Position numbers and translations under genes: made by a program. Below, one piece after another: positions 11,002 to 20,566 of a stretch of DNA of 64,000 bases. The stretch is taken from assembly GCA_963737265.1 (NCBI GenBank), contig CAVTRY010000013.1, positions 256,001 through 320,000 of the forward strand, given 5' to 3'. The stretch comes from an uncultured delta proteobacterium. Lineage in GTDB: Bacteria; Myxococcota_A; Polyangia; Fen-1088. The notes beneath the pieces were generated by a model, which ran no database searches, was not told the DNA's origin, and saw only the letters and a program-made list of their open reading frames with translations. Every line of letters starts with the position of its first letter. Position 1 is the stretch's first letter.

Positions 11002-11232
11002 ATGACCATTGACCGTATCGTCTTCGCAGTGGCCGGTTCACTCGTGCTTCTGAGCGTGGTACTTACCCTCGCCGTCAGCCCTTGGACCAACGGCAAGGTG
11101 GTGGTGCCTGCCCTCAACGCCTTGCACATCGACCTCGCCATCCCGGGCAACTGGGAGGTGGTCTATGGGATCCCGGCGCTGCTCGAGCGCTCACGCGAGC
11201 TCAACTACCCGATCGTGGTAGATGGTCGCTAG
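11002..11232 (+). pseudogene. Chimera: DUF2892 (YgaP-like) N-terminus fused to an internal SoxB/5'-nucleotidase-like fragment
   Basis: [28 protein letters not shown] is typical of DUF2892; the tail ALNALHIDLAIPGNWEVVYG resembles the GNH/GNWE metallophosphatase motif. Confidence 0.6.
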
Positions 11233-12888
11233 CTAGGTTTCCCAATTGAAGCCGCCCTCGGCCACCATGCTCATGTGGCCGCCGGTCACGTTGGCGACGT
11301 CGGCGAAGCCGTGCTGCTTGAGAATGCGGACGGCCAGATGGGCGCGAAAGCCCGACCGGCAGTGCACGACGATGCGCCTATCCTTGGGCAGGCGATCGAT
11401 CTCGAAGCGCAGGTCGTCCACCGGAAGGTGCATGGCTCCAGCAAGATGAGACGCCTCGTACTCGCCGAGGGTTCGGACGTCGAGAACGAGGGGCGGCTTG
11501 GGCGTGGCTAGCTCGGCCTTGAGCTCTGCCGCCGACACGAGCGGGCTGAATCCCGAGAGATCGTTCTGACCGATGAACGCGGCCAGGTTGATCGGGTCGT
11601 TGGCCGTCGAGTAAGGCGGCGCGTAGGCGAGATCGAGCTCGGCCAAATCGTGCAGTGTGAGCTTGCCGGCAAGCGCGGTGGCGAGCACGTCGATGCGCTT
11701 GTCGACGCCGGCCGGGCCGAATGCCTGGGCGCCGAGCAGTCGAGCGGTCTTCTTGTCGTAGATGAGCTTGAGCGACAGCTCTTCGGCGCCTGGGTAGTAG
11801 CCGGCGTGGTGGCCCTTGTAGATGACCGCAACGCCGACGGCGAAGCCGGCCTCGCGCGCCGAACGTTCAGATAAGCCAGTTGCCGCAGCCGTGGCCTCGA
11901 AGATCTTGACGACGCTGGTGCCGAGCGCGCCTCGGTAGGCCATGTCCAAGCCCAGCGCGTTCGAAGCAGCGATGCGGCCCTGACGATTGGCTGGCCCGGC
12001 CAGCGGTACGCGCACGCGCCTGCCCGAGACCTTGTGCAGGATCTCCAGCATGTCACCCGCCGCGTAGATGTCGGGATCTGCCGTGCGCAAATGGTCGTCG
12101 ACCACGAGGCCCCCGGTCGAGCCAATTTCAAGCCCCGCCTTGCGCGCCAGGGTGAGCTCGGGGCGAACGCCAACCGAGAACAGCACCAGATCCGCGGGCA
12201 GGCGGCGCCCGTCTCCGAGCACGACGGTGCTGTCCGCAACCGATTCGACCTTCACGCCCGTCAGCACCTTCACGCCGTTGGCTTCGAGCACGGAGGCAAC
12301 CTGGTGACCGACCTCTGGATCCATGTTTGCCATCACGCTCGGCAAAAGCTCGACCACGGTTGTCGCGAGTCCGCGTTTCTTCAGCGCCTCGGCCATTTCG
12401 AGACCGATGAAGCCGCCTCCGACCACGACGGCGGTGCGGGGCTTGTCCTTTTCGATATAGGCGTGCATTCGGTCCATGTCAGGGACCGTCCATAGTTTGA
12501 ATACGTAGGGCGCGTCAGCCCCGGGCATGGAGGGCGTGATGGGATTGCCACCCTGGGCGAGGATGAGCTTGTCGTAGGCCAGCCACGACTCGCCGCCCTT
12601 GCCGCGCACCAGGACCTTCTTGCCCAATCGATCGATCTCGATGGTTTCGGTTTCGAGCAAGACGCGTACGCCGTAGCGGGCATCGAAGCCCTCTGGCGTC
12701 TGCAGAAGCAGATCAGAGCGTTTGACGATGTCGCGCGAGATGAAGTACGGCAGCCCGCAGTTGGCATACGAGACATAGGGCCCCCGCTCGACCACGGTGA
12801 TCTCGGCCGCTTCGCTGATTCGACGGGCACGTGCGGCGGCGGTCGCTCCGCCCGCAACACCTCCGACGATGACGATTTTGGTCTTCAT
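11233..12888 (-). CDS. cdr: CoA-disulfide/persulfide reductase with C-terminal rhodanese domain (CoADR-RHD/Npsr)
   Basis: GGVAGG FAD motif, SYANCGLPY redox Cys, GGGFIG NAD motif, AYAPPYS, rhodanese HCRSGFR. Confidence 0.93.
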   Translation of the reverse strand: MKTKIVIVGGVAGGATAAARARRISEAAEITVVERGPYVSYANCGLPYFISRDIVKRSDLLLQTPEGFDARYGVRVLLETETIEIDRLGKKVLVRGKGGESWLAYDKLILAQGGNPITPSMPGADAPYVFKLWTVPDMDRMHAYIEKDKPRTAVVVGGGFIGLEMAEALKKRGLATTVVELLPSVMANMDPEVGHQVASVLEANGVKVLTGVKVESVADSTVVLGDGRRLPADLVLFSVGVRPELTLARKAGLEIGSTGGLVVDDHLRTADPDIYAAGDMLEILHKVSGRRVRVPLAGPANRQGRIAASNALGLDMAYRGALGTSVVKIFEATAAATGLSERSAREAGFAVGVAVIYKGHHAGYYPGAEELSLKLIYDKKTARLLGAQAFGPAGVDKRIDVLATALAGKLTLHDLAELDLAYAPPYSTANDPINLAAFIGQNDLSGFSPLVSAAELKAELATPKPPLVLDVRTLGEYEASHLAGAMHLPVDDLRFEIDRLPKDRRIVVHCRSGFRAHLAVRILKQHGFADVANVTGGHMSMVAEGGFNWET

Positions 12889-12934
12889 GCTCGTACGCTA
12901 GCCCCAAAATGGGATGTCCGCGCGGCCAGGTCTT

Positions 12935-13105
12935 TCACTTGCCCATTCCGCCGCCGGCCAAAAATCCCATCACTGCGCCGAACAGCGTGGAAATGTAGGG
13001 ATTGGACGTGATGGGACAAGCACCGCTGCTACAGCCAACCAGCTTGTAGTAGCCGAAGCCGAGAACTGCGCCGCCAGCGGCGAATGCGACCGTGTGCAAT
13101 ATCAT
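12935..13105 (-). CDS. DUF6132-family small membrane protein
   Basis: YYKLVGCSSGACPITSNP motif; AAGGGGA RBS. Confidence 0.8.
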   Translation of the reverse strand: MILHTVAFAAGGAVLGFGYYKLVGCSSGACPITSNPYISTLFGAVMGFLAGGGMGK

Positions 13106-13361
13106 TGTGTGTTCCCCTTTTCGAACCTTGTCTGTTTCGGCATCGGCGGACGTTCCACCCGGCTGATTGGAGCCAGCCCCGGTCCAAAGGATTCGCGAAG
13201 GATTCCTGGTAGAGCCCCTCAAGATCCGCGAGCCGGAGCAATTCGAACTCGTCCAAGGTCATGACAACCTGTTCGAGGGCGTGGATTGGAATCCCCGCGC
13301 GGCTGAACACCGATGCAGCGGGCTTGCCGGCGACTTGGCGGCGGCAGGGAGGTCTGGGCAT
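13029..13361 (-). pseudogene. Truncated DUF134 (predicted DNA-binding) protein
   Basis: MPRPPCRRQV...MTLDEFELLRLADLEGLYQE, then unrelated sequence where the HTH should follow. Confidence 0.7.
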
Positions 13362-13480
13362 GCATGAACCATAGGGAACGTCGTGGCGGGGGCAAGGTGT
13401 CCGGAACTTCATCGGCGCCTTTGTCTGAAGCGCACGCGCGTACCGCCACGACCGGTGATCCTGAGAGAAGAAGATGTCAG

Positions 13481-13509
13481 TTGACAACATGGCCAAGTCA
13501 CCACATGCT
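13481..13509 (+). promoter_or_regulatory. Putative sigma70 promoter for the ArsR-family gene
   Basis: TTGACA (13481-13486), 17-nt spacer, CATGCT. Confidence 0.4.
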
Positions 13510-13533
13510 TGTCTGCGTATCGTGGGGATCTGA

Positions 13534-13920
13534 ATGGCGGCCAAGGGCGACGACACATTTCGACGGCACGCGCGGGTGCTCAAGGCGCTTGCCAATGAGT
13601 CGCGCCTCAAGATCGTCGATCGGCTCTCGAAGGGGGAATGCTCGGTGGGTGAGCTGACCGATCTTGTCGGTTCGGATCGTACGACCATTTCGAAGCACCT
13701 TGCCGTGCTCCGGTCTCACGACATCGTGCGCGACCGGCGCGAGGGGAATGTTGTGTATTACACGTCTGCCAGAAGCTCTTGGGGCGAGCCTTTGGGGTGG
13801 CGGAGACGCCGATGTTACCAACTAGCAGGCTGCGGTTTGCCTTGCCATCACCTGAAGAACTGTCCAAAATTGGACAGTTCTTCAGCAGCCGAGCCAAGGG
13901 CTCGGCCGCAGGTGGGGTGA
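13534..13920 (+). pseudogene. ArsR/SmtB-family regulator; homology ends near 13765 and the C-terminal helix appears replaced
   Basis: LKALANESRLKIV..ECSVGEL..TTISKHLAVLR..RREGNVVYYT, then non-homologous tail. Confidence 0.7.
13852..13885. repeat. Perfect inverted repeat with 16-bp arms
   Basis: CTGAAGAACTGTCCAA-AA-TTGGACAGTTCTTCAG. Confidence 0.9.
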
Positions 13921-13968
13921 AGTCCGCGAATTTACTTCGCGGACGAGGGGAGGGCAGCGGCCCTCCCT

Positions 13969-14262
13969 TCAAAAATCTTCAAGACGGGTCCATTTATGGA
14001 CACGTCTTGAGGAGACCTGCGCTTTTCCCTTTGGTGCTGCGGGCTGGGGCGTGCTTTTAGGAGGGGCACCACTTGCGCCCAGTTCACGCTTTTGGCCACG
14101 ATGCGACTTAGGATTCGAGCCCGTACCTGTCGCGGATGCCGTCGGCGCGGGGGCAGCTACTTGCGACTGGGCATTCCCAGCCTGGGCAGCGCTCGGCGGG
14201 CTGTGAACCATGACGACAAAAATGGGTGCAAGGAGAACAATCGAGCGACCGATGCTTGACAT
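13969..14262 (-). CDS. Small secreted low-complexity hypothetical protein
   Basis: GGAGA RBS, signal peptide ending AQA, Pro/Ala/Lys-rich body. Confidence 0.5.
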   Translation of the reverse strand: MSSIGRSIVLLAPIFVVMVHSPPSAAQAGNAQSQVAAPAPTASATGTGSNPKSHRGQKRELGASGAPPKSTPQPAAPKGKAQVSSRRVHKWTRLEDF

Positions 14263-14449
14263 TGGATGTCTCCAAACAGTGGCTCCTACTCTTGGAACAC
14301 GCATGAAACGTGCCTTCCCGGTTTCATTGAAGCAGTCAGGAAGGCACACGGGATATCGCGGTGGGTGACGGGACGAATTCCCGATCAATCGGGAATCCAT
14401 CCCGACTCAGGCTGGGGTACCTGGTGGTCTTAATGCTGACCGGTGCGAA

Positions 14450-14540
14450 GACCTACTTTGGCCGCACCAAGCAGAGCCTGCGCTTGTTCTGGTGCTACAC
14501 GTCCCCCCACTGGGCGGGCTGGTTTCTTGACCGCTGGTCG
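14450..14540 (+). pseudogene. Possible ISL3-family transposase fragment
   Basis: KQSLRLFWCYTSPHWAGWFLDRW resembles the ISL3 FWxYxSPxWAGxFLDxW segment. Confidence 0.5.
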
Positions 14541-14561
14541 ATAGCTTCCCGAATCGGCAAG

Positions 14562-14696
14562 TCAGCAAAACCGCCGTGCGCGAACCGCCGCAACGAAGGC
14601 CGCTCCCAAGCCGGGCGAACGTTCGTCGTACCAACGTGCCGCCTCAAAGGCCTCCGCCTCGGCTGGCGGGTTGAAGCGCAGTCGCCTAGCGGCCAC
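14562..14696 (-). pseudogene. Truncated RelE/ParE toxin (44 aa)
   Basis: GTG start overlaps the antitoxin end; LRFNPPAEAEAFEAARWYDERSPGLGAAF, then premature stop. Confidence 0.75.
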
Positions 14697-14907
14697 CGAA
14701 ACGCTGCTCGAGGCGGGAGAAGACTTCCTCGGCCGGTACGGTTTTCACGCGTCCGGCGTCCACGTCCTGGATCCGTCGCTGGATTTCCGCCTCCCACTCT
14801 TCCCCAAGATCCCCGTCAAGGCTGGCCCACAGTTCGTTGATGACCTCCTCACGTTCCTTGGGGTCGAGCTGAAGAGCAGCGTCCACTATTTCCTTGGCCT
14901 GAAGCAT
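14686..14907 (-). CDS. Addiction module antitoxin (TIGR02574/Unstab_antitox type)
   Basis: ALQLDPKER..LWASL..WEAEIQRR..GRVKTVPAEEVF; directly upstream of the ParE fragment. Confidence 0.88.
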   Translation of the reverse strand: MLQAKEIVDAALQLDPKEREEVINELWASLDGDLGEEWEAEIQRRIQDVDAGRVKTVPAEEVFSRLEQRFGGR

Positions 14908-15261
14908 CGTTTTCTCAATCGTACCACGCTATCGCGGGCGATACCGCCATAGGGTTTCAGCGAGAGGGCTGCGCCGCCTGGACGACGCAGCCTTGAGATC
15001 CGGCCGTTCGGCGGCTAGCTCGTCTTGGCGAAGGGGGTTCTTCGTCCGAGAACTCCTACGCCACGGCGCGACACCAGGTCACCGTACCCGCCATCCCAGC
15101 CTTGCAGGCCGCGTTTTGCGTGCTCGGAACGGCCGGCAGCATCTCTGGCATGTCCTGGAACGCGTGTCTTGACCACGGGCCGCAGTCTACGCCATCAGGT
15201 CCCCGCGGAGGTCGCCTCGATCAGTTCACCCAGTCCTCGCCGCTCTCGGGCTCCCCGGCGG

Positions 15262-18200
15262 CTACCCTCTGTCGTCGACCCTCGCCGCGCCGCCGCTGCC
15301 CTCGCGCACGCGCGACAGCAGATTTTTCGCCGGCACCAGTCGGTCGCGGTTCGACAATCCCATCGAAGGTGGCGCGCTGGGACCGTCCGAAAGCGCGGCC
15401 ATGCCGCGCCGGCCGCGAACTGCATTGTTGAGGAAAACCTCGAGGCGGCGGTTTTGTCCGCCGCTGCCGTCGTAGAATAAACTGACGATGGGCATGTCCA
15501 CGTCGGCCGAGAGCCGGCCGGTGATGGCCGTCGCGACGGTTTCTGGCATACAGCCGAAGGGGGCGCAATTGACCACCATGGCCGCGCCCTGCTGCGCGAA
15601 CTTGATGGCGCGCCCGACGGACAGCTTGCCCTCGCCGCCCAAGTAGAAAGGAATGTAGGGCGTGGCCAGCTCCAGGTACTCCTGGAAGGGCGGCTCGTGC
15701 CGGTCGTCGAGGAAGGGACTGGCCGCCTTCATCAGCTTCTCTTCCCAGTGCTTCATCCAGTGGTAGGTGATGAAGGTGTCCGCCTTTTCCCACGAGAAGA
15801 TCGTCGACGGGAATTCCTCTTTGAAGTTTTCCATCGACGACGTGTAGATGACCCAGTCGGTGATGGGCAGCATCCACGCCTCGCCACCGAAGGTCTCGAT
15901 GGCGCCGATGACGTCCTCGTTGGCGAAGGTGTTGTTGCGCACGTAGATTTCGCCCACCACGCCGACGAGTGGCTTGCGCGGCCCGGCGGTTTCAATCGCC
16001 GCGATCTTCTCGATGGCGGTGCGCAGGGTCGCGGCGATGTCGCCATTCGCTTCGATGGTCTTGGCCAAAGCGTCCGCGCCTTCGTTCACCACGCGGTCGG
16101 TTTCGCCGATTTTCACTTCGTACGGCCGAACCTTGCACTGGGCCTTGAGCAGAATGTCCGCGCACGCGATGGCCTTGAATAGCGTGCGGCGCATGATTCC
16201 GTCGAGCCCCTGGTAGGCGTTGTTCGAAGCCGGCGCCAAAATCGCCACCTCGTCGCCCAAGCCTTCGCGGTCGAGGATCTGCCGGTGCAAGACCGTGTAC
16301 TGACCGAAACGGCACGGGCCCTTGGAGCTCGGCATGAAGAAGGCGTGCTTGCCACCGCGCGGCTGCTCGCGCAGGGTCTTGAGAAACACGCCCAGGGTCA
16401 GCGCGCACGGCAGGCATTCCGAACCGCGGGTCAGCGAACGGCCGAGCTCGAACGATTCCTTGTTCTCATCGGGCAACATGCGTGCGTCGTAGCCGTGCGA
16501 GCGAAAGGCCGCCGCGAACAGGCGCGTGCCGAAAAGATGCATGGGCGGCAGCCAAATGATCCTGTCACGCATGTCCGACGCCTCGGGGCGCGCGGGCGTG
16601 CGCGGACCACGCGGCGGGCGAGGGCGGCGGAGCACGTCGAAGAAGGCCTCGAGGCGGGTCATGTAGCCCGCGTCGGCGCCGTGCTCGTCGAGCTCCAGCA
16701 TCAGCAGTGGCCGGTTGCCCATGATCTCCTCGGCGTAGCTCAGCAGGAAGCTGTCCGGCCCGCACGAGAAGTTGGTGAGATAGACCACGTCCATGGTTTT
16801 GCTCTCGGCGGCCATTTCGAGCACCGCCAAGATCTTCTGACCGTAGCTCCAGAAGGCGTTGCGATAGCGCTCGCCCAAACGACTCAAGTCGGGCTTGATG
16901 AAGTCCATGGGCAGCACGGTGCGGCCGAGATCCGCGATCTTCTGCGGCAATCCCAAGTTGGCGCCAGCGTCGTAGATATTGTAGGGACGACCGACGAGCA
17001 GGATGAGCTTTTCGTCCTTGCTCTCGGCGTCGGCCATCATCTTCGCGCCTTCTTCGTGACAGCGGCTCTCGAAGGCCGCCTGGGCTTCCAGGCCCGCGTG
17101 CCACGCCTTCTTGATCTGGCGCGCCGACCGGCCGAGCTGTCGCGAAAGTCCGTCGCCAAGCGTCTTGATGATGTCTCGTTCGCGCATGCGCATGTCGACG
17201 AGCGGGGTCAGCACGCGCGAGGCATCGATGTGGTTCATCAGGAGCGCCGTCCGCGAGGCTGCGGCGGTGCCCTGCACATACGGGCACACCGTGGTGCCGG
17301 TGGTTTCCTCGTTGGCCGGCGTGTTCTTGACGTGCGGAACGAAGACGAAATCCACGCCTTCCTGCGTGGCCAGCTTGGCCACATGGCCGAGCGCGAGCTT
17401 GGCCGGGAAGCAGAAGTCCGCGCCCGCCATGCGCGTGCCCATCTCGCGAACCTCGTCGGTGGTCTGGCCCGAAAGCTGGACCTTGTAGCCGAGCGTATTG
17501 AAGAAGCGCTGCCACATTGGATAGTAGGTGTAGGTGATGAGCGACTGGGGAATGCCCACCGTGCGCGCATCGTCCGCGACCTTCACGCCGGCGCCCGATT
17601 CGCGCCACAGGCGCTGGCGCAGGCGAAGAGCGCGGTCGTGCGGACTCTTGCGCACCTTTTGCTCGCCCGGATCGCGACCGCACATGTAGCCCCAAGAGGG
17701 CGCGGGCACGTCTTCCACACCTTCGATTTCCGCAAAGGTGATGCTGCAATCGTTTTGGCACAGCTCGCAGGTTTCCTTGCGCAGGCTCACCTTGCGGCTT
17801 TCCAGGTCGAGCCCGTGAAAGCGCGACTTGGTCACACCCATTTCCGCCATGAACTGGCGGGCCAGACGGGCCACGCCAAACGCGCCCATGACGTGGCAGT
17901 AGGGCGAAACCACGACCTCCACGCCAAGGATGCGCTCGAACGCGGCCACCAGCGCCTTGTTGCGGGCCGTGGCGCCCTGGAACATGATGCGCTTGCGACT
18001 GTAGTGGCGGTTGCCCACGACCTTGTTGAGGTAGTTTTTGGCCACCGCGACCAGCACCGCCGCCAGGGCTTCCTCGCGTGTCGCTCCCCCTTCGATGAAG
18101 CGGGCCACATCCTGCTCCATGAAGACGGTGCAGCGATCGGTGGCGCGCGGAGGCTTCACGCCCAGCACCGCGGCGCCCACGTCGGCGACTTTGTAGCCGA

Positions 18201-19581
18201 GCTTGTTGGCCTGCTCCTCGATGAATGAACCGGTGCCGGCGGCGCACACGTAGTTCATGTTGGCGTCGCGGATGTGGCCATCCACGATGTGCATGTACTT
18301 GGCGTCCTGGCCGCCGATTTCGAAGATGGTGTCGACCGCGGGATCGGTGAACGTCGCGCCGGCTACGTGCGCGCTGATCTCGTTGACGATGGAGTCGGCG
18401 CCGATGACCTCGCCGACGATCTTTCGCCCGCTGCCGGTGGTGGCCACGCCCAGAATCTCGATGCGCGTACCCTTCTTGCGTTCGAGCTCGCGCAGGGCAC
18501 GGAAGAGCTTCTGCGAGGCGCCGACCGGATCGCCCGAGGTTTTGCGATAGATGTCGACCTTGAGGTCGTCCTTTTCGTCGATGAGAGCCAGCTTGGTGCT
18601 GGTCGAGCCGATGTCGATGCCGAGGTAGACACGCAAGATCTGGCCCGCCGGCCACGACACCACGCGAACCTCGTTGTTGTCGGCGTCGACGTACGCCTCG
18701 GCGCTGGCGAAACTGGGATAGGTGGACTTTTCCAGCGTCAGCGGCCAGTCGTGGTACTCGACGTCGTTGCTGGTGGCGATGCGATGAATGGCCTCGCGCG
18801 AGGGTAAGTGCTTGGGCACGCTGCCGCGGGTCGCGGCGCCCATGGCGGCCACCAAATGAGGCTGAGAAGGCGTGCGCAAAAGGCCGGGATAGGCCGCGTC
18901 CAGCCAGCGCAAGACCTCGCGGTTCAAGGCCACGCCACCGATAATCGCCGTGGGCTTGTCGAGCGGCTTGGCGCGCAGAAGGGTGCCGATAAGGGTGCGG
19001 GTCATGCCGCGACACAGGCCCGACCACATCGCGGCCTTGCTGTAACCTTCCTGCTGACGGTGGATGAGATCGCTCTTGGCGAACACCGAACAGCGAGTGG
19101 CGATGGAAGGCGGTTCTGCGACCGATCCCACCAGGGTCGGGTCGTCGTAGGAAATGCCGAGGCGCGCGGCCTGCTCGTCGAGAAACGAGCCGGTGCCGGC
19201 GGCGCACATGGAGTTTGTGGCATAGTTCTGAAAATGTCCCTGGTCATCGAGCTGCACCAAGGTGACGGAGCCGCCGCCGATGTCGATGATGTTGGTGACG
19301 TCGGGAAACTGGGCCAGCACGACCGCGATCTGACAGGCTGCGAGATCCTGGCGCGGGACTTCGAAGGACTCGCAGAACCTGGCCGAGTTGGAGCCGCAGA
19401 ATCCGATTGAATCGCCAGCCTTCACCGACAGTTCGGCGAGTGCGCTTTCCAAGATTTTGGCGGGCTCGCCGCGATGCCTGGCGTAGAAGGACTTGACGAC
19501 TTCGCCATCCGCGCCAAGTCTCACCGCCTTGAGTGACACCGCGCCGATATCGATGCCAATCTTCCCTGGGTTTTCCTTCAT
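15262..19581 (-). CDS. Acyl-CoA dehydratase activase (2x BcrAD/BadFG ATPase + DUF2229-type domains)
   Basis: GIDIG..., CAAGTGSF twice, RCSVF/RCTVF, FSCGPDS, GSECLP, PFGCMP. Confidence 0.92.
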   Translation of the reverse strand: MKENPGKIGIDIGAVSLKAVRLGADGEVVKSFYARHRGEPAKILESALAELSVKAGDSIGFCGSNSARFCESFEVPRQDLAACQIAVVLAQFPDVTNIIDIGGGSVTLVQLDDQGHFQNYATNSMCAAGTGSFLDEQAARLGISYDDPTLVGSVAEPPSIATRCSVFAKSDLIHRQQEGYSKAAMWSGLCRGMTRTLIGTLLRAKPLDKPTAIIGGVALNREVLRWLDAAYPGLLRTPSQPHLVAAMGAATRGSVPKHLPSREAIHRIATSNDVEYHDWPLTLEKSTYPSFASAEAYVDADNNEVRVVSWPAGQILRVYLGIDIGSTSTKLALIDEKDDLKVDIYRKTSGDPVGASQKLFRALRELERKKGTRIEILGVATTGSGRKIVGEVIGADSIVNEISAHVAGATFTDPAVDTIFEIGGQDAKYMHIVDGHIRDANMNYVCAAGTGSFIEEQANKLGYKVADVGAAVLGVKPPRATDRCTVFMEQDVARFIEGGATREEALAAVLVAVAKNYLNKVVGNRHYSRKRIMFQGATARNKALVAAFERILGVEVVVSPYCHVMGAFGVARLARQFMAEMGVTKSRFHGLDLESRKVSLRKETCELCQNDCSITFAEIEGVEDVPAPSWGYMCGRDPGEQKVRKSPHDRALRLRQRLWRESGAGVKVADDARTVGIPQSLITYTYYPMWQRFFNTLGYKVQLSGQTTDEVREMGTRMAGADFCFPAKLALGHVAKLATQEGVDFVFVPHVKNTPANEETTGTTVCPYVQGTAAASRTALLMNHIDASRVLTPLVDMRMRERDIIKTLGDGLSRQLGRSARQIKKAWHAGLEAQAAFESRCHEEGAKMMADAESKDEKLILLVGRPYNIYDAGANLGLPQKIADLGRTVLPMDFIKPDLSRLGERYRNAFWSYGQKILAVLEMAAESKTMDVVYLTNFSCGPDSFLLSYAEEIMGNRPLLMLELDEHGADAGYMTRLEAFFDVLRRPRPPRGPRTPARPEASDMRDRIIWLPPMHLFGTRLFAAAFRSHGYDARMLPDENKESFELGRSLTRGSECLPCALTLGVFLKTLREQPRGGKHAFFMPSSKGPCRFGQYTVLHRQILDREGLGDEVAILAPASNNAYQGLDGIMRRTLFKAIACADILLKAQCKVRPYEVKIGETDRVVNEGADALAKTIEANGDIAATLRTAIEKIAAIETAGPRKPLVGVVGEIYVRNNTFANEDVIGAIETFGGEAWMLPITDWVIYTSSMENFKEEFPSTIFSWEKADTFITYHWMKHWEEKLMKAASPFLDDRHEPPFQEYLELATPYIPFYLGGEGKLSVGRAIKFAQQGAAMVVNCAPFGCMPETVATAITGRLSADVDMPIVSLFYDGSGGQNRRLEVFLNNAVRGRRGMAALSDGPSAPPSMGLSNRDRLVPAKNLLSRVREGSGGAARVDDRG

Positions 19582-19714
19582 TACTGCCTTTCCCCGGAAT
19601 CAGATGCAGGTGTCCATCGGTGGGGCCGATGCCTACCACGGATAGACCGGATTCGCTAACCCGAAGAGCCGACCGGTCCGCCGGACTGCTTTGTTGCTAC
19701 ACTTGCCGCCGCAC

Positions 19715-20566
19715 ATGATCGGCACCTACCCCAACCTGACCGAGCTGACCCTCGCGGATCGGCCACTGCTCGACCCTTTTTTTCACCAGCTTCGCGACGG
19801 GCTGTCGGAACTGACCTTTGCCGGCATCTACTGTTTTCGCGAAGCGCATGCCTATCGCATCGGCCAACTTGTCGACGGGACCTACATCCTAGCCGGCGCC
19901 GACAAGGGCAAGACTTTCTTCGTGTGTCCGTTCGGTCTGCCGCGCCCCGATATGCTGGCCGGCCTTTTCGCGGTTTTTTCCAGCATGAAGCTGGTCACCG
20001 AGACACAGTCCGACCGCCTTCGCGCGGCCGGTTACGAGGTGACCGAGGATCGCGACAACTTCGACTACCTTTACCACCGCGAAGACCTGGCCAGTCTGTC
20101 CGGCCGCGCCCTGCAGAAGAAACGCAATCTGGTCAATTTCTTCCTCAAGGAAAATGCCTACCAGGCCCATCCGCTGTCCAACGAGCGTTTGGCCGATGCG
20201 CTGGCGGTGCTCGAAGCCTGGCGCAGCCACAGCCGCGATCCGGCGGACTACGCTCCGGCGCGCCAAGCCCTCATCCACGCGGGCGAATTCGGTCTGCGCG
20301 GGGCGGTTTACTATGTCGAAGGCGAGCCGGCGGGCTACACCCTTGGCGAAGAGGTGCGCGACGGCGCGATGTTCGTCGTGCACTACGAAAAGACCATTCC
20401 GGACATGAAGGGACTCTACCAGCTCATCAACATGGACTTCGCGCGCACCCTGCCGGCCACATGCGTCCTCATCAACCGCGAGCAGGACCTCGGAGATCCC
20501 GGGCTGCGCCAGTCCAAGCTGACCTACCGTCCCCACGCCTTCGTGAAAAAATACCGAGCGCGCTAG
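19715..20566 (+). CDS. DUF2156 / phosphatidylglycerol lysyltransferase-like GNAT domain protein
   Basis: EDRDNFDYLY..LSG..KKRN, VHYEK, GLYQ, INREQDLGDPGLRQSKLTYRP. Confidence 0.88.
   Translation: MIGTYPNLTELTLADRPLLDPFFHQLRDGLSELTFAGIYCFREAHAYRIGQLVDGTYILAGADKGKTFFVCPFGLPRPDMLAGLFAVFSSMKLVTETQSDRLRAAGYEVTEDRDNFDYLYHREDLASLSGRALQKKRNLVNFFLKENAYQAHPLSNERLADALAVLEAWRSHSRDPADYAPARQALIHAGEFGLRGAVYYVEGEPAGYTLGEEVRDGAMFVVHYEKTIPDMKGLYQLINMDFARTLPATCVLINREQDLGDPGLRQSKLTYRPHAFVKKYRAR

Larger units (their letters stand above)
5893..11005 (+). pseudogene. AcrB/CusA-family RND permease, interrupted after codon ~10 by a transposon and carrying two frameshifts (~9875, ~10060)
   Basis: MPAEREIGFA (5893-5922) resumes as GFAGRVAQTFLRSKL at 7688; RND motifs [31 protein letters not shown]; coding frame switches 7760 to 9901 to 9992. 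Confidence 0.88.

Noticed and set aside
16285-19207. 647-aa and 880-aa ORFs overlapping the activase gene
   Set aside because: Alternative-frame artefacts of high-GC codon bias with no recognisable motifs; the same applies to 21534-23387 and 28040-29692
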